Assembly: GCA_043228905.1 (NCBI GenBank)
Contig: JBHGNT010000018.1
Span: 11,470,001-11,534,000 of the forward strand
Direction of reading: 5' to 3'
Origin: Azolla caroliniana
Lineage: Eukaryota; Plantae; Polypodiophyta
Length of the DNA stretch: 64,000 nucleotides
The notes below the pieces were generated by a model, which did no database searches, was not told the origin of the DNA, and worked only from the letters and a program-made list of their open reading frames with translations. Of the stretch, positions 37,401 through 50,000 are shown piece by piece; positions within the stretch are counted from its first letter, which is position 1; every line of letters starts with the position of its first letter. Both the position numbers and the translations under genes were made by a program.

Positions 37401-40001
37401 GCGGTGTGTCTCCATCCAAGGGCACTGAGGGTGATCTGTTTATCACATACGTCATTGTGGACAGCGCCTCAGCCCAAAACCTCTTGGGTAATTTTGCATG
37501 CGCCAGCATACTCCGAACCCTCTCCATTATGGTCCGGTTCATCCTCTCGGCCAACTCATTTAGTTCCGGCGTCTTCGGCACGGTAAATTCGAGCCGGATT
37601 CCCTTCGAGCGACAGTACTCCTCAAACTGCCCCCGGTATTCACCCCCGTTATCTGCTCGAACCGCATTCAGCTTCCGGCCGGTTTCTCTTTCCACTCTGG
37701 CATGGAGATCTTTGAAGACGGAGAGCACCTGATCCTTCGTCTTCAATGGTGTGGCCTACAACTTCCGGCTGTGGTCATCTATGAACGTCACGAAGTACTG
37801 TGATCTGGTATGTGACTTCGTGTCCACTTGACACACATCAGTATGCACCAACTCTAGTGGTGCATTACATCTCATCGGTGGCCTTGGTCGGAAGGAGGTC
37901 CGGTTTTGCTTACCGGCTAGACAATCAGTGCACTTCTCCAAATGCACGTTTTTCACTGGAATGAAGTTGTCGTCTGCAAGCCTCTTCATCCCCTTCTCAC
38001 TCATGTGACACGGCCTCTTGTGCCATAGCTCACCGGCAGTGTCGGAAGCCACGTTCACTTCTTCAGGGCATAACCGGGCATTCATCAAGTACAATGTGTT
38101 AACCCTCCGGGCCCGAGCCACTATCAGGCTCCCTTTGCTGAATTTCATGACTCCGTTCCGGATGCTACCCATGTAGCCTTCATCATCTAGCCGACCGGCT
38201 GATATCAGGTTCAGTCGAACCTCCGGAACGTGTCGGACATCCTTCAACAGCAGCTTGCATCCGGTTGGGGTTGTCAACCACACGTCTCCTATGCCGACAA
38301 TTTGGCATGTACCTTCATTCCCCATCCGGACACAACCGTGATCACCAGTTGTGTAGGATGAGAAGTATTTACAGTCCGGGGTAAGGTGGAACGACGCTTC
38401 AGAATCAACAACCCACGTTGTCTCGTCGCCGGCAAGGTTCAACTCACTCTCCTCGGTGATGAGCATCAGCTCTTCCTCACTTGTCGCGATTGCCGTCGTT
38501 CCCTTCCGGTCCATTCCCCTCCGGTCTTTACCGTTCCAGTCCGGTGTTTGCTTCGAATTGGTACCATCGGTTTCCTTGTCTTTTCGGAAATGCTGATAGT
38601 TCTTCCGGAAGTGTCCCGGCTTGCCGCAATAGAAGCAAGTAGGCCTCCCCCTTGACTTTGACCGTGTCCCCGACTTCTCCCGATTCTGGGGACTACGGTT
38701 TCTTTGTCTTCCGTGTTCCGATTCGGTAAGGAGCGCTTTGGAGTCGGAGCTCGTATCCTTATCTTTCCAACGCGCCTCTTCATCTAGCAAGCTCGACTTC
38801 ACTCTTGCTAGGGATAACCGTTTCCCTTCCGGCCCGACGTTGCCCAAAGTGGAAACCAACGTCTCCCAGCTATCTGGGAGGGAACCGAGTAGGAGTAGTA
38901 CTAGTACCTCATCGGCGAGAGGTACTTCCAATGATGTTGCCTGATGAATCAAACCCTGGAAGGCATTCATGTGCTCCCCCATGCTGGAGCCATCTTGGTA
39001 CCGGAGTCTTACTAGCTTCCGAAATACCGAAACCTGATTAACAACATTTTTGTTCTGAAACATAATGTTGATCTTCTCCTAGAGCTCATGAGCCTTGCTC
39101 TCTTCATTGAAGTTGTTGTATAGACTCATGTCAATGAAGCACCGTATGTACGCCGTTGTCTTCATGTCCATCACCTCCCATATCATGGCATCAATTTTGT
39201 CCGGTCTCTTGTCCCCGAACTGAACCGGCAACCAAAGGTCTTTAACCACGAGCATGTCCCTCATCTTCGACTTCCACACGGAATAGTTGGAGCCGGTGCG
39301 CTTGAACATGCCTCCCAACGAATCGTCCATTTTTTCTGTGTCGTTTCGCTCTAATACCACTTTGTCGGAATACAGTACGCTAAGTTATGCTCAGCCACAA
39401 CCGAGACGTCGGATCAATCACAGACAACAGGGATGTGCAGAGATGTATCTACGCACGAAAAACAGTAAAGAAGAGAGTGCACAGGATGTTAACGTGGAAA
39501 ACCCAAATATGGGAAAAAAAAACCACGGCAGCCCTCAGACTACAAAATATCACTATGTAAAGTAATACAACAATGGGCGCAGAGGCAACGACCTCTTGCT
39601 CCCTCGCTTCGCCACCAGGCGGTTACAACAGAGGCAACAACCTCTGTATGTCGCTCTCTCTCTCTCTTTAACGCACTGTACAAAGGTTACACCAACAACT
39701 TATCATTTTTGCCCTAGGTCATATTTATACTGATATGACTTTCGGGCTATTTACAAATATAGCCCTAGTGGGCTCTCTAGAACATATTTACATATATGTC
39801 CCTTCCATGCGATGAGAGGTTCTCACTGGGCCTGCAACATCCGGTTCTCACCGGGTCTTCCGTTGCCAGGTACGCCACATCCGGTCCTCACCGGGTCTTC
39901 CATTGCCGGGTACTCCACATCCGGTTCTCACCGGGTCTTCCGTTGCCGGGTACGCCACATCCGGTTCTCACTTCCCATCTAGAGGGACCTATTTCCTAAC
40001 A
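34415..40001 (-). mobile_element. full-length copia A2, LTRs 34415-35297 and 39363-40001
   Basis: TSD TTATA/TTATG, PBS GCTCTAATACCA near 39349, PPT at 35298. gag (CFYCGKPGH), PR, INT, RT and RH carry few stops. Confidence 0.95.
34908..35267. repeat. 40-bp tandem repeat x9 in the A2 3' LTR (x3 in the 5' LTR at ~39852-39971)
   Basis: Unit CGGGTCTTCCGTTGCCGGGTACGCCACATCCGGTCCTCAT. Confidence 0.93.
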
Positions 40002-40998
40002 TTATGAGCGTTCGTTTCAGACTATGTTTTGGTGACTCGCTTTTTTCTTCTTTTACTTTTCTCCATCTTTCTTGCTTTTAGTTTGACTTATCCTCAAGAC
40101 TTTGGTTCGTGTTCTTGGCCTCCGGATGTGAATGATCCATACCTTATATTTTTGTAGTGTCTAATACCTTGAATTCTAAAATGACTTTCACATAGATTTA
40201 CTCATGTAGAACTTTGTTCATGGCATTCATCATATGAGCAACTGAATTTGTCGTACCTTGAGGTAGAGTGCACATTAGAACCAATCCAATTGGTGTTTTC
40301 ATTGTTGTGATATTGCAACTATCAATTGCTAGTTGAAATTGGTCGTATCCCGAATATAGGTCTCACATAGAGTAAATCGCTCTCCTAGCAAAAGCTTCTG
40401 CAAATTCATCAATGATCAGTTTGTTCCCTGCATTTTAGATTGTGACTTTGTTGACTGGTTGTAGATCTTGAATGAATCTTAAAGAGCCATCATTCTTTGG
40501 AACGGTGAACCATCGGTTGGAATATGGTGCATTGGAAGGCTCTAAAATCTTCGTCTTGACTTTATCCTTCAGTAGCTCCAACAACTGAGGCAATCGAGCT
40601 CTCGGTACTGCAATAGGTTTAAAATTCCAAGGAATATGAGGGATAGTAAATATTAGCATTGGCGTCATCACCTTTGGATCTACACAACCAATCTCCTCAG
40701 CTTTGAATGTGAACACATTCCCATGCCTAAAGATCATTTCTTTGAAAGTCGCGATCTCTTATTGCAAAAGAAATTCAGCCCCTCCAATTCTCAAGTTATT
40801 TATTGTCTCTTGTCCGATCATCTCTATTGGTCGAAGCATAGGCTCGGTTGATGCTGCCTCCATCTTCTCTTCACTACCAATAGGTAATGGTACTACATCA
40901 GGTTTGACCTTTTTATCTATTGTTTTGTATTTTGTATTACATAAACTTTCTACTTCTTTATATTTACAATTATACCTATCAATCTCATAATACATATC

Positions 40999-41443
40999 TG
41001 TTAAGTAATTAGGTAATTAACTAGGGTTAATTAGAGACTAATTATATGGTTACGTTAAGCAGCAGAAGATTAGTATGATATGCGCGTGAGAGTGTGTGAG
41101 AGGAAGAGAGAGAGAGAGAGAGAGGAAGTTACACTTGAACACAAAGATAAATGGGGGATGATTGACTATATTGAAAAGTGTCATCAACATACAAAAATAC
41201 CCACAATGAGGTATATATACAACCCATGTGCAAAGGTGCACATGTGTGGGTAGAACATAGGTACTTATGTGTAAGTCCTACATTAAATGTACTAAGGAGT
41301 GGAGGATCTAGAGTATCCCACTTAAGTACAAGGTCCTATTTAAAGGCTTAAGGTCAACACATTAACTAGATTCGATCTAGGTAACTACTAAGTTACATGT
41401 GTTGACTAACTAGATTAAACTAGTTGAGCTTGATATCTCAACA
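40999..41443 (-). mobile_element. solo LTR of copia family I
   Basis: TGTTAAG...CTCAACA with perfect TSD ATATC; homologous to 47095-47534 and 50556-50990. Confidence 0.93.
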
Positions 41444-41715
41444 ATATCAATTGAGTTTACATGTATCTTTCTAACACTTTCATCATCTTCTTTCAAATAT
41501 ATTTCTAACTCTTCTATAGTATTTGCAAAAGAAATTTCTTCCATAACACTTCCAATCTGCTCTTCCATTTCAAGTACTCCATTATCCTTCAATGCCTGCT
41601 AAAATAAGTTAGCATTCTTTTTCAAGTTCCTCTCACATTCATACATCTTAGTCACACATATAGCACCACTTTCAGAAACATGAAATGACTTATTCATATG
41701 TTGTAATGCCCTACG

Positions 41716-41777
41716 TGAGGGTCTTTTAATAATGGGACTATTGCAACCCTCATTTGCAATAGTCCTAGTCAAAAACT
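41716..41777 (-). promoter_or_regulatory. predicted -1 frameshift signal with pseudoknot in G2
   Basis: AGTTTTT, 5-nt spacer, 12-bp stem GGACTATTGCAA/TTGCAATAGTCC, loop TGAGGG pairing with downstream CCCTCA. Confidence 0.72.
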
Positions 41778-42539
41778 TGATTACCAAAATCATCACATTC
41801 TTTTGTTATCGAATGATCACGAAGCTCTTGCTTGTTCCTCTCATGATTTGGGCGAACTGTCATAAACTGTACAGTTCGTCGTCCATCTTGGCTACGGATT
41901 TTTGCATAAGTAGAACCATTGTCGAGGACTTTGGTCTCCATCCGTACCGTTGTGATGTATGGTTGCCCCAAGATTATCGGATAGGTAGATCCTTCCTGCA
42001 CAAAGAAATGTTGATCTACCTCTATATCACCAATAGTAACCTTTACATTTGGGCATGCACCAAATAAATCTTCGGTGACTGATGTGGCTGCTTTTACACC
42101 CCAACCATGCTGAATATCAATTGGCCATCTACCTTTCTTGTAAAAATCAGCACTCATTATATTTATCTTAGAACCATGATCAATAAGTGCCATCACCGGG
42201 TCTGGAACATTTCCAATCTTCACATGATGCTCAGTAGTGGCTCTTGCCCAACATTTGCAAGAGTAGTGGCTTCTTGTCTCTGTTGAACTTATCATTGAGG
42301 TTTATGCATGTTGAGAGTCAACAATGATATTGTTCGACTCGTTGCTTACCACTTCATATGCCACCTTCATATTTGTCTCTTTAACCTGCTCATTTACTTG
42401 CTTCTTTCTTCGCACAATATCAATTATTTCATCAAGAGCTTTCCAAGAATATCTTGCATGTGAAATTTGGGTCTAGAAAACAGAAATAGCGAGGAAAAGA
42501 AAAGTCGACTCATATAGACAAACTTTTTTTTAGGGGAAA

Positions 42540-43299
42540 AAGGCTCCTTGCTCCCATGTCGGGAAGTCTTTGTGTGCCGGCTCCGGTGCTACCTCGTTGG
42601 TTCCTTCTACACAGCTCCAATATCCATGCCCCAGCAGGTAATGGTGTAGTTTATATGACCAAGATGCATAGTTGTTTCGGTCGAGCTTTTCTGTGGGAAG
42701 CGAACTTGCCATACCTCTATCCATTTGGGTTCTCTACTGTTCTTCATCAGGTGTTCCTAAGTTTTTCTTCGAAAGCGTCTTTCGGCTGTAGAGGAGTCTC
42801 AACCCTCGCGCTCTGATACCATGCAAAAGTTAGTGTGCGGAAGCTTGACAAAACCTTACTCCCATGTCAGGAAGTCTTTGTGTGCCGGCTCCGGTGCTAC
42901 CTCGTTGGTTCCTTCCACATAGCTCCAATATCCATGCCCCAACAGGTACTAGTGCATTTTATATGACCAGGATGCATAGTTGCTCCGGTCAAGCTTTTCT
43001 GTGGGAAGCTTGACAAAACCGGTTTAGCCAGGTAGTAACAGAGAATAGAAAACACAGGTTCAATGGAAGCTTGAGAATATTTAGCATACCCCTATCCATT
43101 TTGGTTCTCTAGTGTTCTTCACCGGGTGTTAGGGTTTGTCTTTGAAAGCGTCTGTCGGCTACAAAGGAGTCTCAACCCTCGCGCTCTGATACCATGTAAA
43201 AGTTAGTGTGCGGAAGCTTGACAAAACCGGTTTAGCCGGGCAGCAACAGAGAATAGAAAACACAGGTTTAATGGAAGCTTGAGAATATTTAGCATACAT

Positions 43300-43351
<52 letters not shown>

Positions 43352-44314
43352 AGAACATAAAACTCTATTCTAAAATAATAATCATTTGTCTACATAGAAT
43401 GTGCTCAAAGAGCACTTTTATACAAGTCCATAAAGGACTGACAGAAGTACTGACAAGTACTTCAATGCTCATACAAGCGACTATCACTGACTCCCAAAAA
43501 TATGCCTACGTATTAGGCTGGATCCGTAGGCCTCTAACGACCTACTGGTTTCAATCTGATCTGGCTCCTAGTTCCAGATATCATCCGGACACCGATCGGG
43601 CTCTGGCTTAGTTAGTTGATCCGGATCTCCGTTCCAGATACCGAACTGGATCTGGCTTATTTAGCCGATCCGAATCCGATTGAGCTTGCTCGCTCAACAT
43701 AGGGCAATGAGCCTGCATGTTGCAGTCGACCGTCAAGTGTCCCGGGTTCAGGCAAATTGTGTAGGGTTTGTCTTTGAAAGCGTCTTTCGGTTGCAAAAGA
43801 GTCTCAACCCTCACGCTCTGATACCATGTAAAAGTTAGTGTGCGGAAGCTTGACAAAACCGGTTTAGTCGGGGCAGCAACAGAGAATAGAAAACACAGGT
43901 TCAATGGAAGCTTGAGAATATTTAGCATACACGGGAGAGACAGAGAGAGAGAGAGAGAGAGAGCAAAACATAAAATTCTATTCTAAAATAATAATCATTT
44001 GTCTACGTAGAATGTGCTCAAAGAGCACTTTTATACAAGTCCATAAAGAACTGACAGAAGTACTGACAAATACTTCAATGCTCATACAAGCGACTATCAC
44101 TGACTCCCAAAAATATGCCTACGTATTAGGCTGGATCCGTAGGCCTCTAACGACCTACTGGTTTCAATCCGATCCGGCTCCTGGTTCCGAATATCATCCG
44201 GACACCGATCGGGCTCTGGCTTATTTAGTCGATCCGGATCTCCGTTCCAGATACCGAACCGGATTTGTGGCTTATTTAGCCGATCCGAATCCGATTGAGC
44301 TTGCTCACTCAACA
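42540..44314 (-). mobile_element. rearranged 5' end of a C-related copia: 3 PBS, 2 full LTRs (43195-43699, 43827-44314), 2 gag starts
   Basis: GCTCTGATACCA ends at 42821, 43194 and 43826. Both LTRs are followed by the same TAGGGCAATGAGCC flank. Confidence 0.88.
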
Positions 44315-45512
44315 TAGGGCAATGAGCCTGCATGTTGCAGTCGACCGTCGAGTGTCCCCGGTTGAGGCAAATTGTCCATTGAATGGCCTATTGGAAATGA
44401 TACTAGTCATCTCGTTGTAGCGCTTGCCGTAAGGATGTCATGGACATGTGTTTGTCGGTGTCTTCCAGCTCCAATCGAAGAACCCGATCGATGACCGTGT
44501 CCACTATCGGGCCCGTAAAATCGAGCATGCCCAGCGTTGTTCGCATGGGTCGGCGCAAAGCGGCAAGGAAAGTTTCCTTAGCCTTGTCCTCGGCGGGTCC
44601 CGCATGAGCTGGTTCGTAAGTTTTGGTTGCGCACATATATCGTCTGAAGCTGTCGTATGCCGGCTCGGTCGGAAGCAGTGGGAGGTTTGTCTCACAAGTA
44701 CTACTGGTGCTTTCAATGACCGGGTGTAGTGTGGATAGGACCTCTTGACCACTCGCGCTCTACTCAGTGAGTGAGGACTTGAACATGCTTTCGTTGAGAT
44801 CCAGTAAGCATGTGTCGAGGCGTGACTTTTCCACGGCAAGTTCTGCCGCCTTTTGGGATTCTGCCCAAGCCTGGGGTTTACCTTTTTGATTGGCTTCTTT
44901 GATGCCTCAACGGCAAGACGACATCCATTCCCTGATGTTCAGCTATGCTTGTCACAAATCTCTGGGCATGCCAAAAGTGTTACTGGTTAAGGTGACACTG
45001 CGTTGAATCCCCAGTCCTTCGGGGTTCGACTTCAAGGGAGTTGTGGTTCAAGAATAGCAGAGTACGTGGTAACCATGATACCATTGACTATACACTTGAC
45101 TCGTAAGTGTTGATTTAATCGTGGATATTGGAGACTAAGAACACGGCTACAAGTAACTCCTTACGCACTAGCACACAAAGCATATATGGCTCGACATAGA
45201 GAAGATAAACTCGACACGAACAAATAGAACAGTTACGAGAACACAAAGAGTCCGGCAATCAGAAACTATATTTAATATGTTGAATACAAAATTATCGCTA
45301 GCTCTTTATAAGTCTTCCATGCCCTTTAAATACAAGGTCAAGGGTGGTTACTCTTGGTGCGTGAACCGTCGTTACTTTCAATAACTACGCTCCGACTGTT
45401 ACTCCCTCTTTATTGTACTATGGCCCCACCCGTCTTCTTCACTTGCCGTAACCATCCCTTTGCCTTCTCTCCTTCTCGACCTTTCCCACTTGGTCGTCGA
45501 AGGCGGCCAACA
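44315..45512 (-). mobile_element. 5' part of gypsy D: 5' LTR 44978-45512, tRNA-Arg PBS 44962-44973, gag remnant
   Basis: PBS TGGCATGCCCAG resembles TGGCACGCCCAG (tRNA-Arg, typical of the Tat group); zinc knuckle CLN.GH..VDC; flank TGTAC. Confidence 0.82.
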
Positions 45513-45557
45513 TGTACATGGTACAACCACCTGGTTTTAAGTCAAGCACACACCCGC

Positions 45558-46262
45558 GGTCGCGGAAATCCGTGCCTACGGGATGGTCGAATGGGACCAC
45601 CAGTGTTCTAGACCAGAAGGACTACCGCAAGAGAGAAAGTATTAAAGATAGATAGGTAGATATGGGCAAGAATTCCAATTCTGAGTTTGAACCTTTGACC
45701 ATTAAATTGAGAGACAAGATACATTGCCAATGAGACAACTAAGCTTTTATTATTATCTTATTAATTCCATACATCACTTGATGTCCTTTCCCTTCCTTTC
45801 CTTCTTATATAGATGCCCCCATGCATATGATGCATGTGAGGGTGTAAGACATGCATACAATGCATGAAATGCAAGATTGCCATTTGGTACTCATGCATTA
45901 CATGCGATGCATGATGACCATGTCCCTCATTCAAGCTCTCATGTACGAGCAGTTACATGTGAAAAGTACAATGAAGAAAATAAACTTTAAAGAAAACAAC
46001 CTAGCCTTAATGGTATGTCAATTGCCTCCTATCCTAGAAGTGTAAGGTTCAAAGCCTTACTTGCACCTCATTGTATGCCACTAGGCCCTAGGCTTATTTT
46101 TATATTTTGTGTAATGAACACCTAAACACACATCACATGTGCACATTAACGTGCTAACATACATGTGTAACCATCACTCCTTTCATACGTGTGCACATTG
46201 CACCTTCTTGATTTTCCTCGTTCCACGCGATTTTCACACTGTTGCCGAAAATCTTCACAACA
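45558..46262. mobile_element. solo LTR with 4-bp TSD CCGC (G-type termini)
   Basis: GGTCGCGG...TTCACAACA flanked by CCGC on both sides; removing it restores ..STHP/QVVC.LKKS. Confidence 0.82.
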
Positions 46263-47094
46263 CCGCAAGTTGTATGCTGACTCAAAAAGTCTCCCTATTG
46301 TCTTAAGCAAGCACCACGTTCTTGGCATTCGAAGATAACCCAATATCTTCGCCAAATCGGCTTCAAAATGTCCAAGTTTGACAATTCCCTGTTCATCCAG
46401 AGCGATTCCAAAGCACAACTACTTATCATAATATATGTGGATGACTTGGTCATCGGAGGAGAGCACATAGCAGATATCGAACATATCAAAAAGCTACTCT
46501 CCAGTTGATTCGAAATGAAGGACATGAAGGTGTCCCATTACTTTCTAAGTATAGAAGTAATTCGGACTCTTGACGACATAATGATCTCCCAACAATACTA
46601 TATCCTCAATCTGCTCTTCAAGTTTGGGATGACAGAGTGTAAGCCCGTCGTTTCCCCTCTCAATCGAAACCTAAAGCGCGATGTCGAGTCTGGCACAAAA
46701 GAGTGCGAGCCACGACTTTCTATCGTCAACTAGTTCGAAGCCTAATCTACCTCACCATTACTCGATCTGACCTCAGTTTCTCGATCGGCATCCTTAGCCA
46801 GTTTATGCAAACACCACGAAACATTCACCTAGACTGTGCTAAGTGAGTGTTACATTATGTGAGTGGAACCATGGATTATGGCGTCCTCTAAAAATCGGCT
46901 ACACCAATTCGCCTCGAAGGGTACACCGATGTCGACTGGGCCGGCTACAAAGCCGACAGACGATCTACATCAACCTTCGTCTACTCCCGCAGTAGTGAAG
47001 CCATATTATTGAGCAATAAGAAGCAACCGACAGTCGTATTGTCAACCACAAAAGCCAAATACAGGTGTGTGGTTGTCGCCACATGTGAAGCCGT

Positions 47095-50000
47095 TGTTAA
47101 TAATTAGGTAAATAACTAGGGTTTATTAGTACCTAATTATGTGATTAAGTTAAGCGGAAGATTAAGTTATATGTGTGAGAGAGAGAGAGAGGAAGAGAGA
47201 GAGGAAGTTAACACTTATGAACAATGAGACAAGATGGGGGATGATTAACTATATTAAAAAACATCATCAAATACAAAGATACCCACAATGAGGTATATAT
47301 ACATCTCATGTGCAAAGGTGCAGATGTGTGAGTAGAATATATGTACAACGGTGTAAGTCCTATATTAAATTAACATGGGAGTGGAGGATCTACAATGTAT
47401 CCCACTAAAGTACAAAATCCTATTTAAGGCTTTAAGGTTAAGACTCAACACACTAACTAGATTATATCTAGGTAACTACTAAGTTACGTGTGTTGACTAA
47501 ACGACTAAACTAAGTTGAGCTTGATATCTCAACAGGCCCTCTCAAGCTCAAGTATGAGGCATCTGACATCCGGTTTTGCTTTCAGTGTTGTCCGGCTTTC
47601 GATGTCAACTTTTGTGCGGCTTTCTGCGTTGGCATTTTTGTGGCGACAGTCTCAGTTCCTCCCCCTCAAGCATGTGACGAAGGCCTATAGTGCTAAATGG
47701 TCAAAGGCCGAGTTCACAATCCACTTCTGTACAGCTCTCGGGCTCTTGTTCAATTGCTACCACCATTGCGAAGGCATAATGATGAGCCATATACTCGTTG
47801 TAGCCGACCCCAGTGACAGGGTTCTTCTCTCGAGATGAGCGTTGAAGTTTTACGCTTGCTGATGTGAGCGCCTTTTGAACTCCAGGTGTCCGCATGTTGG
47901 GCACACCAAACTCACTATCTAGTGAGCAAGCCGAAACATCCGAATCACTGTCTTCGGGGTGGTCGACTTCGTATTCGGGCATCTTACCTTTGCCTTTGTC
48001 CAAGTTCAAACTTGACCGCGACGTGCTTTGGTCGCATGAAGGCTCATGCGGGCCACTTAGCTCGGTAGAGCTTGGATTGTCATTTGGTAAAGGACTTGGC
48101 TGAATATCGTCCTCCGAGTTGACGTTAAACTCTTCCTCGGTCGGGCCGGGTGTAGCCAAATCAGGCTTATACCAAGATTTCAATTCGTCGAAGACTACGT
48201 CTCGACTCACCCGAACCGCTCGAGTCGAAGGGTTATAGCACACAAGTATCCTACAAGGATACATTTCTCTGACTTCGCGTCATGTTTCTATCGGTTTTCA
48301 TTCGGGATGCGTACATTCGCAATGCTTCCGAACACCTTGAGGTGCGACAGGATCGGCTTCCTTCCGACAAGGAGCTCATATGGAGTTAGCTCATGCAATC
48401 CATTAGTGGTGCATCGATTCATGAGATAGACGGTCGTGCATGCCGCTTCAACCCAGTAGAGGTTGGGCATGTGCTTCTCATGCATCATGGCGCGTGCTAC
48501 CTCGAGTATGTGCCGATTCTTCCTTTCGATGACTGCATTTTGTTGGGATGTGTGTCAGCATGAGAATTCTCTGAATGCCTTCACCTTGGAGGTAAGAGAT
48601 GAATTCATCAGAGAAGTACTCCTTGCCACCATCCAATTGTAGGCATCAAATGTGCCGACCGATTTCTTTTTCAACTTGGGCCTTGAGCTTTTGGAAGTGG
48701 GAGAGCACTTCGCTCTTCTTCTTCATCGGAAAGATCCATGTGTAGTGGGAGTAGTCGTCGATGAAGGTGACATAGTATCGGCATTCGCCGATCGTCGGCA
48801 TTTGAGGCGGTCCCCATACATCCGAGTGTATGATATCAAGGAGGCCTTTTCTTACATAGCTCTCCTTCAGAAATGGGAGTCGATGTTGTTTTCTGAGTTG
48901 ACACGCTTCGCACACTCGGTTGACTCGTTTCGACTCGAAGGTCAGAAGTCCAATGACGACTCCCTTGGATTGCATCGCTCAAAGCCATTAAAGGTTTATA
49001 TGGCCGTTTCTCTTGTGCGACAACTCAATGCTCATCTCGGTTTTGAGACCTTTGGCATACATGGCCGATTTTACCTCATTCAAATTGAGAATGAACATTC
49101 GGCGTCTCTCCGTCCTCTAGCTATGAGTCGGCCATCTTTCTCGATGAAGTATCCTTCGTTGTTGAAACAAACTTGCATGCCTTGCTCCACAATTTGGCTG
49201 ATCGAGAACAAATTCTTTGTTATTGTGGGCACGTGCAAGACATTCTTGATGCAATTGTTTTGGTTGTCGTTGCCGAATGGAACGTTGCCGATGTGCCGAA
49301 TGGGATGTGTCGTGTCGTCTCCCGTCTCTATGAAGCCGGATTGATTGGGTGTATGCAAATCATTGAACCACTCTTTGTGGGATGTCATATGATTTGAAGC
49401 GCCGGAATCGACGAACCACACATCTTCCGAGTTGGAGGTGCTTGTAGAGTCTGAGGCCAACATAGAGTTCACTCTATGTCTCATTACAAATAGTCCACCA
49501 TAGTCGTCGTATTCGGAGTTGGTGGCATAGTTTGTGAGTTGTCGGCTTGTCGAAGCCTACTCACTTTTCTTCTTCCGACACTCCTCTTCACAGTGGCCGA
49601 TTTTGCCGCAATAGTTGCAAGTAATGGGCCACGTTTGCCGACCTTGTTCGGCATGGAAGTTCCCCCTTCATCTGAAGGTTCCTTGATGGCTTCTGTCTTG
49701 TTGTTGAAGGTTTGAACTCCCTTCATTCGATGGGTCGAATCGACCTCTTCTACCGCCTCGACCTCGTTCTTGGCCACCATCCAAACTCAAGAAGAATATT
49801 TGTCCTTCCGACGTCTTGGTCTTGGTTCGGACGTGGTTTCCTTCGATCAATAGCATTGATGGAAGGTCGAAGAAAGAAGGAGGGTTTTCCCTTGCTAAGA
49901 TTACCGTCCTTAACGAGTCGAATCGTTGTGCGAGGCTGCCCAAGCATACTTGAACCATCTCGTCTTCATTGACATTTATGTTGATGGAACCAAGCGAGTC

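Larger units (their letters stand above)
33989..40192. mobile_element. AT-rich ~620-bp insertion H (probable old solo LTR) in G2 RT, itself split by A2
   Basis: G2 RT (NKVLHE*I/PKVTMPFLDD) is interrupted here; TG...CA ends; TSD degenerate (GGGAT/TAGAT). Confidence 0.55.
30855..42440 (-). mobile_element. older gypsy G2 (same lineage as G1), 3' LTR 30855-31641, 5' end lost
   Basis: LTR ends TGTCGTGGAG/CTTCACGACA, PPT TCCACCCCCTCT at 31642. INT (WFGPY), RH, PFLDD RT and IDHGSKIN protease on the minus strand. Confidence 0.88.
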
